64,000 nucleotides of DNA from Eledone cirrhosa (GCA_964016885.1 OZ024743.1:205406001-205470000); one strand, 5' to 3'. Shown: positions 14,550-27,639, numbered from the stretch's first letter. The notes: generated by a model not told the origin, from the letters alone. A program made the numbers and translations.

Positions 14550-14943
14550 ACACAAATATTAGCATATACATATTTTCTTAGTAATTGAGGATGTGTTTTT
14601 TATACATACATATGCATATTGCATCCATACATACACACATACAAGCATATACATACACATACACACACATATATATACACACACTGTATATATATACATA
14701 CACACACACACATATATATATATACACCACACACTATATATATATATAGTGTGTGTGTGTATATATATATGTGTGTGTGCGTGTATGTATATATATATAT
14801 ACAGTGTGTGTATATATGTGTGTGTGTATGTCTATGTATATGCTTGTATGTGTGTATGTATGTATGTATGCAATATGCATATGTATGTATAAAAACACAT
14901 CCTCAATGACTAAGAAATTATGTATATGCTAATATTTGTGTTA
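14548..14943. repeat. 396-bp foldback inverted repeat (MITE-like or hairpin), unit 1
   Basis: The left end TAACACAAATATTAGCATATACATATTTTCTTAGTAATTGAGGATGTGTTTTT is the reverse complement of the right end AAAAACACATCCTCAATGACTAAGAAATTATGTATATGCTAATATTTGTGTTA with 2 mismatches. Pairing continues through the CA/TA versus TG/TA arms to the centre CACACT(AT)6AGTGTG at ~14741. Confidence 0.93.
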
Positions 14944-15138
14944 GTGTCTATATAAATGTATGTATGTAGTATATGCAAGTGTTCGTGCAAATTGAAAATA
15001 GATTTAATAATTTTAATATCTAGAACAATGTGATCTAAAAAAATATTTTTTAAGATACGAATATATCGTTGTCAGCTTAATATGGCACTAACGCAAAATA
15101 TAAATCCCAGTTTATATATAGTGTGTGACATGAAAGTG

Positions 15139-15140
<2 letters not shown>

Positions 15141-15201
<61 letters not shown>

Positions 15202-15366
15202 ATATATATATATATATATATATATATTTAATATATATATATATATATATATATATTTAATATATATATATATATATATATATTTAATATATATATATAT
15301 ATATATATTTAATATATATATATATATATATATATTTAATATATATATATATATATATATATTTAA

Positions 15367-15416
<50 letters not shown>

Positions 15417-15550
15417 ATACACATATATATGTGTAAATATATATATACACATATATATGTGTAAATATATATATACACATATATATATACACATATATAT
15501 GTGTAAATATATATATATACATATATATGTATGTATATATATATATATAT
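15141..15550. repeat. Interrupted (AT)n tract followed by a 28-bp minisatellite of palindromes (unit 1 example)
   Basis: (AT)n runs are punctuated by TTTAA about every 20-30 bp. They are followed by 3 copies (4 in units 3 and 4) of the 18-bp palindrome TACACATATATATGTGTA, the first two at 15418 and 15446. Length varies in every unit. Confidence 0.93.
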
Positions 15551-18500
15551 AAACACCATTAAAAACTCCATTGAAAAGCTCATAAAAACTCATTAAAAAC
15601 CCAATAAAAAGCACACTAAACCACCATTAAAAGCTACATCCTAAACCCATTAAAAACTATATTAAAACACCATTAAAATTCCATTAAAAATATTATCAAA
15701 AACTTCATTTAAAACACACTGGAAACCCATTAAACTTCATAATTCTCGTTAAAAAAAATCCATTAAAAACTCAATCAAAAACCCAATTAAAAGGCCATAA
15801 AAGAAACATTAAAACAGCATTTAAAATACCATTAAAAACGCCATAAAAAACATTAAAATCCCATTAAAAATACATTAAAGGCCCATTAAAAATTCCACTA
15901 AAAACCTCATTGAAAACCCCATTTAAAACCTAATTAGAAGCTCATAAAAACTCCCAAAACCCAATAAAAAAACCATTAAAACGTCATTAAAACGTCATAA
16001 AACGCTATTAAAACGTCATTAAAAATGTCATTAAAAACTCCATTGATAACTCAATTAAAAACTGCATTTTACCCCCCTCCTATCCCATTAAAAACACATT
16101 AAACACTCCATTAAAATTACCATTAAAAACCAATTAAATACTCCATTAAACACTATATTAAAACCGCAATTATAAATTCTTTAAAAATCCAATTAAAAAC
16201 CATATTATAAACTCCATTAAAAATCTAATTAAAAACCCTACTGAAAATCCCATTATAAAATTACATAAAAAACCCATAATAATAGTCCTTAAAAAAAACA
16301 ATTAAAAATCCTATTAAAACGCCATAAAAAACACCATTAAAACGTCATTAAAAATACAATTGAAAACACCATTAAAAACTACATTGCAAATTCCATTAAA
16401 AGACCCATTAAAAACTCCATTAAAAACACCACTAAAAAGTCCATTAAAAAGCTCATAAAACCCATTAAAATACAATTAATAACCAATTAACACTCCATTA
16501 AAAACCATTACAACCGTCATTAAAATGCCATAAAATACCATTAAAACGCCATTAAGAACGCCATTAAAATCGTCATTAAAAACCTCATTAAAAACTACAT
16601 TAAAACTTCATTAAAAACTCCATTAAAACCTACATTATAAACTCTATTAAACTCCATTAAAAACTCAATTAAATCCCCCATTAAACCCCCATTAAGCCCC
16701 ATTAAAAGCCCCTGAAAAATGCAACTAAAAACAAATTTTAAAACCCCATTAAAACACAATTAAAAGTCCATTGGAAACCCCATTAAAATTCCATTAAAAA
16801 TTCATTAAAAACTTAGTAAAAACTCGATTTTATACTCAATTAAAAAGGTAATTGAAAACTCAATTAGCACACCATTAAAAACTCATTAAAAAGCCCATAA
16901 AATCTCCATAAAAAATCTAATTGAAAAACATTAAAAATTCAGTTAAAAACCTGATTGAAAACCCCAATAAAAGTTCATTAAAAAAACTCCATTAAAAAAT
17001 CAATCAAAACCCCATTAAAATAACATTGAAACTTATCGAAGCGTCATTAAGGATACCATTAAAAAACACCATTAAAACGGCATTGAAAACCCATTATAAA
17101 AAATTAAAGGGTCCGTAAAAAACACCATTATAAATCCATTAAAAACCTAATTGAAAAACCCATTAAAACTCAATTTTTAAACTAGATTAAAAACGCAATT
17201 AAAAACGCAATTAAAAGCTCAATGAAAAACCATTAAAAACACCATTAAAAACTCTAAAAAAAGAGCACTAGCCATTAAAACTCCATTAAAACCCATTGAA
17301 ACCTACTACCCCCATTAAACCCCATTAAAATTGCATTAAACACATTACACATCCATTAAAGCCCATTAGAAGGACCATCAAATATTTAAATTTAAACTAA
17401 ATCAGAAACTCGCTTAAAACACCATTAAAAACACATTAAAATGTCACTAATACCATTAACAACCACACCAAAAACTCCATTAATATACCATTAAAAACCG
17501 CATTGAAAACCCATAAAATCCCAAGTAAAGATCTTTTAAAAAACTACATTAAAAACCCAATTAAAAAACCCATTAAAACGCCATAAAAGTCATTAAAACG
17601 TCATTTAAAGTACCATTAAAAACGTCACTAGAAACCCAATTAAAAATACATTAAAAATTCCATTTGAAACCATATTAAAAATTTCATTAAATGCAATATT
17701 GAAAAACCCATTAAAAACACCAGTGAAAACTCATATAAATACTCAATTAAAAAACCAATTAAAAATCCTATTTAAACGTCACTAAAACACCATAAAAAAC
17801 ACAATTAAAACGTCATTAAAACACCATTAAACTATCATTAAAAATTACATTGAAAACACCATTAAAATTCAATTAAAACCCCATTAAAAATCCATTAAAA
17901 AGATCATCATGAACGCACTTAAATACCATCAAAAACGCATTAAAAATTAAATTAAAAAGCAATTAATTTTTTTTATCAAACCCCCATTAAAATTCCATTA
18001 AACACTCCATTAAAAACAACATTGAAAACCCCCATTAAAAGCTCATACAAAATTATATTAAAAACCCAATAAAAAACAATTACAACGCCATTAAAACATC
18101 ATAAAAACTCATTAAAATGTCATTTAAAATGCCATTAAAACCCTCACGGGGGGAAACGCAATTAAAAACACCATTAGAAATTTCATTAAAAACTCCATTA
18201 AAAATCATATTTAAAGTCAATTAGAACCCTTATTATAAATTCCATTAAAACCCATTAAGTATCCAATTGAAAAATCCATTAAGAGCTCATTAAAAATACT
18301 CCATTAAAAACCCAATTAAAAATCATTAAAACGCATTTAAACACCATAAAAACACAATTAAAACGCCATTAAAAACTCCATTAAAACATCCTTGAATCTA
18401 TTAAAAATTTCATTAAAAACGCAATCAAAAATTCCATTAAAAACCCATTTAAAAACTCATAAACAACACCATTGAAAACCCAATTAAAAACTCCATAAAA

Positions 18501-18624
18501 AACCCATCAAACACCATCGAAAATCCCATTAAAACACCATTAAAAAGCCATTAAAACCCAATTTTAAACGCAATTAAAAACTGAATTAAAACACTATTAA
18601 AAACTCATAAAAAAGGCTCATAAA
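15551..18624 (+). repeat. Degenerate 10-11-bp (CCATTAAAA)-family repeat, forward orientation (unit 1 example)
   Basis: CCATTAAAA/CAATTAAAA/TCATTAAAA recurs about every 10-11 bp. Equivalents are at ~21531-24871, 27816-31428, 34339-37929, 40672-43919, 46768-50060 and 52848-55644. Confidence 0.93.
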
Positions 18625-19084
18625 TAATGGGGTTTTCAATTGTTTTTTATGAAATTTATAATATGGCTTTTAATGAACTTTTTAATGGGCTTTTAGTGGA
18701 GTTTTTAATGGATTTTTATGGAATTTTTAATGACATTATTAATGGTTTTTTAATTGGGCTTTTTGTGATGTTTTAATGGCGTTTTTATGACATTTTATTG
18801 TGTTTTGTGGCGTTTTAATGGCGTTTTAATTGGTTTGTTATTGGGTTTTTAATAGAGTTTTATGAACTTTTAATATGGGGTTAATGGGTTTTGAATGTGT
18901 TTTCAATGGAACTTTTAATTGAGTTTTTAATGAAATTTCTAATGGGATGTGTAATTGAATTTTTAATTGGTTTTTAATGGGTTTAGTGGGTTTATAGTGG
19001 AGTTTTTAATGGTGTTTTAATGGTGCTTCGATTGTTTTTAATTGAGTTTTTAATTGAGTTTTTACTGAGTTTTTAATTGAGTTC
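18625..19084 (-). repeat. Second reverse-oriented (CCATTAAAA)-family block after the polarity switch (unit 1 example)
   Basis: After GGCTCATAAA|TAATGGGG the + strand changes from A/C-rich to T/G-rich TTTTAATGG repeats. The same switch is in units 2-6. Confidence 0.9.
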
Positions 19085-19435
19085 TTATTTTATTTTATTT
19101 TATTTATTTTTTATATTTAATTTTTTTTTATTTTTTTTTATTTTTTTTTATTTTATTTTATTTTTATTTATTTTATTTTATTTTATTTTATTTTATTTAT
19201 TTTATTTTATTTTATTTATATTTTTTAGTTTTTTTTATTTTATTTTATTTTATTTTTTTTATTTTATTTTATTTTATTTTATTTTATTTTATTTTATTTT
19301 ATTTTATTTTATTTTATTTTATTTTATTTTATTTTATTTTTTATTTTATTTTATTTTATTTTATTTTATTTTATTTTATTTTATTTTATTTTATTTTATT
19401 TTATTTTATTTTATTTTATTTTATTTTATTTTATT
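19085..19435 (+). repeat. (TTTTA)n microsatellite (unit 1 example), followed by four TTAGTTTATAA-type 12-mers
   Basis: Seen directly. Equivalents are at 25334-25650, 31891-32206, 38392-38608, 44382-44641 and 50523-50726. Confidence 0.96.
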
Positions 19436-19495
19436 GAGTTTTTAATTTAGTTTATAATTTAGTTTATAACTTAGTTTATAATTTAGTTTATTTCT

Positions 19496-19626
19496 CCCTC
19501 CTCTCCCCCTACTGTCCTCTACAGCCAGATCTGCCTTTCTTTACCCCTCCCAAGTCTCTTCCCTCTTCTCCCCCTACTGTCCTCTACAGCCTGATCTGCC
19601 TTTCTTTACCCCTCCCTAGTCTCTTC
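19496..19626 (+). repeat. Tandem pair of 65-bp pyrimidine-rich direct repeats at each unit boundary (unit 1/2 example)
   Basis: CTCCCCCTACTGTCCTCTACAGCC(A/T)GATCTGCCTTTCTTTACCCCTCCC(A/T)AGTCTCTTC occurs twice, with ACAGCC at 19521 and 19586. The same pair is at every anchor, and the first copy is truncated at 13545. Confidence 0.93.
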
Positions 19627-20358
19627 ATTATTCAGTTTTGTTTTTATCTTTCTAAAACATCCTAGTTTTAATGAAATTAAAAGGAAATAGCAATCGCTAT
19701 AAGTGTGCAAGCCAGCATGTAACTTCATGTGTGTGTGTTTTTAATGGAGTTTTTAATTGAGTTTTAATGGAGTTTTAATTGAGTTTATAATGGAGATTTA
19801 AATGGAATTTTTAATTGAGTTTTAATGTAGTTTTAATGGTGTTTTATGCCGTTTTAATGGTATTTTAATGGGGTTTTTATTTGGCTCTTTATAAAGTTTT
19901 GGGTGCGCTTTTAATGGGGGTTTAATGGGTTTTCAGTGTAGTTTTTAATGACATTTTTAATGGTTTTCCAATGGAACCTTAGTGGTGTGTTAATGCAATT
20001 TTAATTGGTTTAATGGGCTTTTAATTGTGTTTTTAATGGTGTTTTAATTGAGTTTTTAATTGTTTAAATTTGAGTTTTTAATGTCTTTTCGAGGGGGGGT
20101 TTAATGGGTGTTTTAATGGAGTTTTAATGGGGACTTTTAATGGAAACTTTAATTTTGTTTTAATTGGGTTTTTATGGGTTTCCAATGTGGTTTTTAATGG
20201 CGCTTTTATTGGCATTCTTAATGATGTTTTAATTGTGTTTTAATGGGGGGTTTGGTTGGGGTTTTAATGGAGTGTTTTATGAGCTTATAATGGGGTTTTT
20301 AATGGGTTTTTCAAAATAGATTTTTAATTGAATTTTTAATGTGGTTTTTAATGGGATT

Positions 20359-20423
<65 letters not shown>

Positions 20424-20483
20424 TGTGTGTATATATATATATATAGTGTGTATGTATATATATATATATATATAGTGTGTGCG

Positions 20484-20515
<32 letters not shown>

Positions 20516-21135
20516 ACACAAATATTAGCATATACATATTTTCTTAGTAATTGAGGATGTGTTTTTTATACATACATATGCATATTGCATCCATACATAC
20601 ACACATACAAGCATATACATACACATACACACACATATATATACACACACTGTATATATATACATACACACACACACATATATATATATACACCACACAC
20701 TATATATATATATAGTGTGTGTGTGTATATATATATGTGTGTGTGTGTGTATGTATATATATATATACAGTGTGTGTATATATGTGTGTGTGTATGTCTA
20801 TGTATATGCTTGTATGTGTGTATGTATGTATGTATGCAATATGCATATGTATGTATAAAAACACATCCTCAATGACTAAGAAATTATGTATATGCTAATA
20901 TTTGTGTTAGTGTCTATATAAATGTATGTATGTAGTATATGCAAGTGTTCGTGCAAATTGAAAATAGATTTAATAATTTTAATAATATCTAGAACAATGT
21001 GATCTAAAAAAAATATTTTTTAAGATACGAATATATCTTTGTCAGCTTAATATGGCACTAACGCAAAATATAAATCCCAGTTTATATATAGTGTGTAACA
21101 TGAAAGTGGAATATATATATATATATATATATATA

Positions 21136-21192
<57 letters not shown>

Positions 21193-21319
21193 ATATATAT
21201 ATATATATATATTTAATATATATATATATACATATATATTTAATATATATATATATATATATATATTTAATATATATATATATATATATATTTAATATAT
21301 ATATATATATATATATATA

Positions 21320-21354
<35 letters not shown>

Positions 21355-21355
21355 A

Positions 21356-21393
<38 letters not shown>

Positions 21394-24300
21394 ATACACA
21401 TATATATGTGTAAATATATATATACACATATATATGTGTAAATATATATATACACATATATATATACACATATATATGTGTAAATATATATATATACATA
21501 TATATGTATGTATGTATATATATATATATAAACATCATTAAAAACTCCATTGAAAAGCTCATAAAAACTCATTAAAAACCCAATAAAAAGCACACTAAAC
21601 CACCATTAAAAGCTACATCCGAAACCCATTAAAAACTATATTAAAACACCATTAAAATTCCATTAAAAACCACATTAAAATCCATTAAAAATCCAATTAA
21701 AAACAGTAAAAACTTAATTGTAAACGTAATCGAAAGCGCAAGTAAAACAACATTAAAACCATTTAACACCCCATTAAAACCCACAAAAATACCACCAGAA
21801 CCCATTAAAATCCCATAACCGCCATTAAAATTCCATTAAAAATATTATCAAAAACTTCATTTAAAACACACTGGAAACCCATTAAACTTCATAAAAAAAT
21901 CCATTTAAAAAAATCCATTAAAAAAAATCCATTAAAAAAAATCCATTAAAAAAATTCCATTAAAAAAAAATCCGTTAAAAAATCCATTAAAAACTCAATC
22001 AAAAACCCAATTAAAAGGCCATAAAAGAAACATTAAAACAGCATTTAAAATACCATTAAAAACGCCATAAAAAACATTAAAATCCCATTAAAAATACATT
22101 AAAGGCCCATTAAAAATTCCACTAAAAACCTCATTGAAAACCCCATTTAAAACCTAATTAGAAGCTCATAAAAACTCCCAAAACCCAATAAAAAAACCAT
22201 TAAAACGTCATTAAAACGTCATAAAACGCTATTAAAACGTCATTAAAAATGTCATTAAAAACTCCATTGATAACTCAATTAAAAACTGCATTTTACCCCC
22301 TCCTCCCCCATTAAAAACACATTAAACACTCCATTAAAATTACCATTAAAAACCAATTAAATACTCCATTAAACACTATATTAAAACCGCAATTATAAAT
22401 TCTTTAAAAATCCAATTAAAAAACATATTATAAACTCCATTAAAAATCCAATTAAAAACCCTACTGAAAATCCCATTATAAAATTACATAAAAAACCCAT
22501 AATAATAGTCCTTTAAAAAACCAATTAAAAATCCTATTAAAACGCCATAAAAAACACCATTAAAACGTCATTAAAAATACAATTGAAAACACCATTAAAA
22601 ACTACATTGCAAATTCCATTAAAAGACCCATTAAAAACTCCATTAAAAACACCACTAAAAAGTCCATTAAAAAGCTCATAAAACCCATTAAAATACAATT
22701 AATAACCAATTAACACTCCATTAAAAACCATTACAACCGTCATTAAAATGCCATAAAATACCATTAAAACGCCATTAAGAACGCCATTAAAATCGTCATT
22801 AAAAACCTCATTAAAAACTACATTAAAACTTCATTAAAAACTCCATTAAAACCTACATAATAAACTCTATTAAACTCCATTAATAACTCAATTAAATCCC
22901 CCATTAAACCCCCATTAAGCCCCATTAAAAGCCCCTGAAAATGCAACTAAAAACCAATTTTAAAACCCCATTAAAACACAATTAAAAGTCCATTGGAAAC
23001 CCCATTAAAATTCCATTAAAAATTCATTAAAAACTTAGTAAAAACTCGATTTTATACTCAATTAAAAAGGTAATTGAAAACTCAATTAGCACACCATTAA
23101 AAACTCATTAAAAAGCCCATAAAAACTCCATAAAAAATCTAATTGAAAAACATTAAAAATTCAGTTAAAAACCTGATTGAAAACCCCAATAAAAGTTCAT
23201 TAAAAAAACTCCATTAAAAAATCAATCAAAACCCCATTAAAATAACATTGAAACTTATCGAAGCGTCATTAAGGATACCATTAAAAAACACCATTAAAAC
23301 GGCATTGAAAACCCATTATAAAAAATTAAAGGGGCCGTAAAAAACACCATTATAAATCCATTAAAAACCTAATTGAAAAACCCATTAAAAATCAATTTTT
23401 AAACTAGATTAAAAACGCAATTAAAAACGCAATTAAAAGCTCAATGAAAAACCATTAAAAACACCATTAAAAACTCTAAAAAAAAAAGAGCACTAGCCAT
23501 TAAAACTCCATTAAAACCCATTGAAACCTACTACCCCCATTAAACCCCATTAAAATTGCATTAAACACATTACACATCCATTAAAGCCCATTAGAAGGAC
23601 CATCAAATATTTAAATTTAAACTAAATCAGAAACTCGCTTAAAACACCATTAAAAACACATTAAAATGTCACTAATACCATTAACAACCACACCAAAAAC
23701 TCCATTAATATACCATTAAAAACCGCATTGAAAACCCATAAAATCCCAAGTAAAGATCTTTTAAAAAACTACATTAAAAACCCAATTAAAAAACCCATTA
23801 AAACGCCATAAAAGTCATTAAAACGTCATTTAAAGTACCATTAAAAACGTCACTAGAAACCCAATTAAAAATACATTAAAAATTCCATTTGAAACCATAT
23901 TAAAAATTTCATTAAATGCAATATTGAAAAACCCATTAAAAACACCAGTGAAAACTCATATAAATACTCAATTAAAAAACCAATTAAAAATCCTATTTAA
24001 ACGTCACTAAAACACCATAAAAAACACAATTAAAACGTCATTAAAACACCATTAAACTATCATTAAAAATTACATTGAAAACACCATTAAAAATTCAATT
24101 AAAACCCCATTAAAAATCCATTAAAAAGATCATCATGAACGCACTTAAACACCATCAAAAACGCATTAAAAATTAAATTAAAAAGCAATTAATTTTTTTT
24201 ATCAAACCCCCATTAAAATTCCATTAAACACTCCATTAAAAACAACATTGAAAACCTCATTAAAAGCTCATACAAAATTATATTAAAAACCCAATAAAAA

Positions 24301-25735
24301 ACAATTACAACGCCATTAAAACATCATAAAAACTCATTAAAATGTCATTTAAAATGCCATTAAAACCCTCACGGGGGGAAACGCAATTAAAAACACCATT
24401 AGAAATTTCATTAAAAACTCCATTAAAAATCATATTTAAAGTCAATTAGAACCCTTATTATAAATTCCATTAAAACCCATTAAGTATCCAATTGAAAAAT
24501 CCATTAAGAGCTCATTAAAAATACTCCATTAAAAACCCAATTAAAAATCATTAAAACGCATTTAAACACCATAAAAACACAATTAAAACGCCATTAAAAA
24601 GACCATTAAAAACTCCATTAAAACATCCTTGAATCTATTAAAAATTTCATTAAAAACGCAATCAAAAATTCCATTAAAAACCCATTTAAAACTCATAAAC
24701 AACACCATTGAAAACCCAATTAAAAACTCCATAAAAAACCCATTAAACACCATCGAAAATCACATTAAAATTACATTAAAACACCATTAAAAAGCCATTA
24801 AAACCCAATTTTAAACGCAATTAAAAACTGAATTAAAACACTATTAAAAACTCATAAAAAAGGCTCATAAATAATGGGGTTTTCAATTGTTTTTTATGAA
24901 ATTTATAATATGGCTTTTAATGAACTTTTTAATGGGCTTTTAGTGGAGTTTTTAATGGATTTTTATGGAATTTTTAATGACATTATTAATGGTTTTTTAA
25001 TTGGGCTTTTTGTGATGTTTTAATGGCGTTTTTATGACATTTTATTGTGTTTTGTGGCGTTTTAATGGCGTTTTAATTGGTTTGTTATTGGGTTTTTAAT
25101 AGAGTTTTATGAACTTTTAATATGGGGTTAATGGGTTTTGAATGTGTTTTCAATGGAACTTTTAATTGAGTTTTTAATGAAATTTCTAATGGGATGTGTA
25201 ATTGAATTTTTAATTGGTTTTTAATGGGTTTAGTGGGTTTATAGTGGAGTTTTTAATGGTGTTTTAATGGTGCTTCGATTGAGTTTTTAATTGAGTTTTT
25301 AATTGAGTTTTTACTGAGTTTTTAATTGAGTTCTTATTTTATTTTATTTTATTTATTTTTTATATTTAATTTTTTTTTATTTTTTTTTATTTTATTTTAT
25401 TTTTATTTATTTTATTTTATTTTATTTTATTTTATTTTATTTATTTTATTTTATTTTATTTATATTTTTTAGTTTTTTTTATTTTATTTTATTTTATTTT
25501 TTTTTATTTTATTTTATTTTATTTTATTTTATTTTATTTTATTTTATTTTATTTTATTTTATTTTTTATTTTATTTTATTTTATTTTATTTTATTTTATT
25601 TTATTTTATTTTATTTTATTTTATTTTATTTTATTTTATTTTACTTTATTGAGTTTTTAATTTAGTTTATAATTTAGTTTATAACTTAGTTTATAATTTA
25701 GTTTATTTCTCCCTCTTCTCCCCCTACTGTCCTCT
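19521..25735 (+). repeat. Macrosatellite unit 2 (6215 bp)
   Basis: Anchor to anchor. It has a short (TCCATTAn) expansion at ~21893-21990. Confidence 0.95.
20514..20909. repeat. Foldback inverted repeat, unit 2 (396 bp)
   Basis: Same termini, TAACACAAAT...ATTTGTGTTA. Confidence 0.93.
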
Positions 25736-26597
25736 ACAGCCAGATCTGCCTTTCTTTACCCCTCCCAAGTCTCTTCCCTCTTCTCCCCCTACTGTCCTCT
25801 ACAGCCTGATCTGCCTTTCTTTACCCCTCCCTAGTCTCTTCATTATTCAGTTTTGTTTTTATCTTTCTAAAACATCCTAGTTTTAATGAAATTAAAAGGA
25901 AATAGCAATCGCTATAAGTGTGCAAGCCAGCATGTAACTTCATGTGTGTGTGTTTTTAATGGAGTTTTTAATTGAGTTTTAATGGAGTTTTAATTGAGTT
26001 TATAATGGAGATTTAAATGGAATTTTTAATTGAGTTTTAATGTAGTTTTAATGGTGTTTTATGCCGTTTTAATGGTATTTTAATGGGGTTTTTATTTGGT
26101 TTTTTATAAAGTTTTGGGTGCGCTTTTAATAGGGGTTTAATGGGTTTTCAGTGTAGTTTTTAATGACATTTTTAATGGTTTTCCAATGGAACCTTAGTGG
26201 TGTGTTAATGCAATTTTAATTGGTTTAATGGGCTTTTAATTGTGTTTTTAATGGTGTTTTAATTGAGTTTTTAATTGCGTTTTTATTGAGTTTTTATTTC
26301 GGTTTAAATTTGAGGTTTTAATGTCTTTTCGAGGGGGGGTTAATGGGGGTTTTAATGGAGTTTTAATGGGGACTTTTAATGGAAACTTTAATTTTGTTTT
26401 AATTGGGTTTTTATGGGTTTCCAATGTGGTTTTTAATGGCGCTTTTATTGGCATTCTTAATGATGTTTTAATTGTGTTTTAATGGGGGGTTTGGTTGGGG
26501 TTTTAATGGAGTGTTTTATGAGCTTATAATGGGGTTTTTAATGGGTTTTTCAAAATAGATTTTTAATTGAATTTTTAATGTGGTTTTTAATGGGATT

Positions 26598-26644
<47 letters not shown>

Positions 26645-26707
26645 GTGTGTGTGTATATATATATATATAGTGTGTATGTATATATATATATATATATAGT
26701 GTGTGCG

Positions 26708-26739
<32 letters not shown>

Positions 26740-27332
26740 ACACAAATATTAGCATATACATATTTTCTTAGTAATTGAGGATGTGTTTTTTATACATACA
26801 TATGCATATTGCATCCATACATACACACATACAAGCATATACATACACATACACACACATATATATACACACACTGTATATATATACATACACACACACA
26901 CATATATATATATACACCACACACTATATATATATATAGTGTGTGTGTGTATATATATATGTGTGTGTGTGTGTATGTATATATATATATACAGTGTGTG
27001 TATATATGTGTGTGTGTATGTCTATGTATATGCTTGTATGTGTGTATGTATGTATGTATGCAATATGCATATGTATGTATAAAAACACATCCTCAATGAC
27101 TAAGAAATTATGTATATGCTAATATTTGTGTTAGTGTCTATATAAATGTATGTATGTAGTATATGCAAGTGTTCGTGCAAATTGAAAATAGATTTAATAA
27201 TTTTAATAATATCTAGAACAATGTGATCTAAAAAAAATATTTTTTAAGATACGAATATATCGTTGTCAGCTTAATATGGCACTAACGCAAAATATAAATC
27301 CCAGTTTATATATAGTGTGTAACATGAAAGTG

Positions 27333-27415
<83 letters not shown>

Positions 27416-27438
27416 ATATATATATATATATATATATA

Positions 27439-27473
<35 letters not shown>

Positions 27474-27601
27474 ATATATATATATATATATATTTAATAT
27501 ATATATATATGTATATATATTTAATATATATATATATATATATATTTAATATATATATATATATATATATTTAATATATATATATATATATATATATTTA
27601 A

Positions 27602-27639
<38 letters not shown>

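Larger units (their letters stand above)
13545..19520 (+). repeat. Macrosatellite unit 1 (5976 bp)
   Basis: Anchor to anchor. It lacks a 173-bp segment at ~15690 that the other units carry. Confidence 0.95.

Noticed and set aside
15015-15070. Possible Helitron 3' end on the minus strand (hairpin followed by CTAG)
   Set aside because: The hairpin is A/T-only rather than GC-rich, CTAG is followed by A rather than the expected T, and no matching 5' TC terminus could be defined.
13763-19435. Mitochondrial control region or other organellar AT-rich DNA
   Set aside because: There are no flanking tRNA, rRNA or respiratory-gene fragments anywhere in 64 kb, and the context is satellite on both sides.
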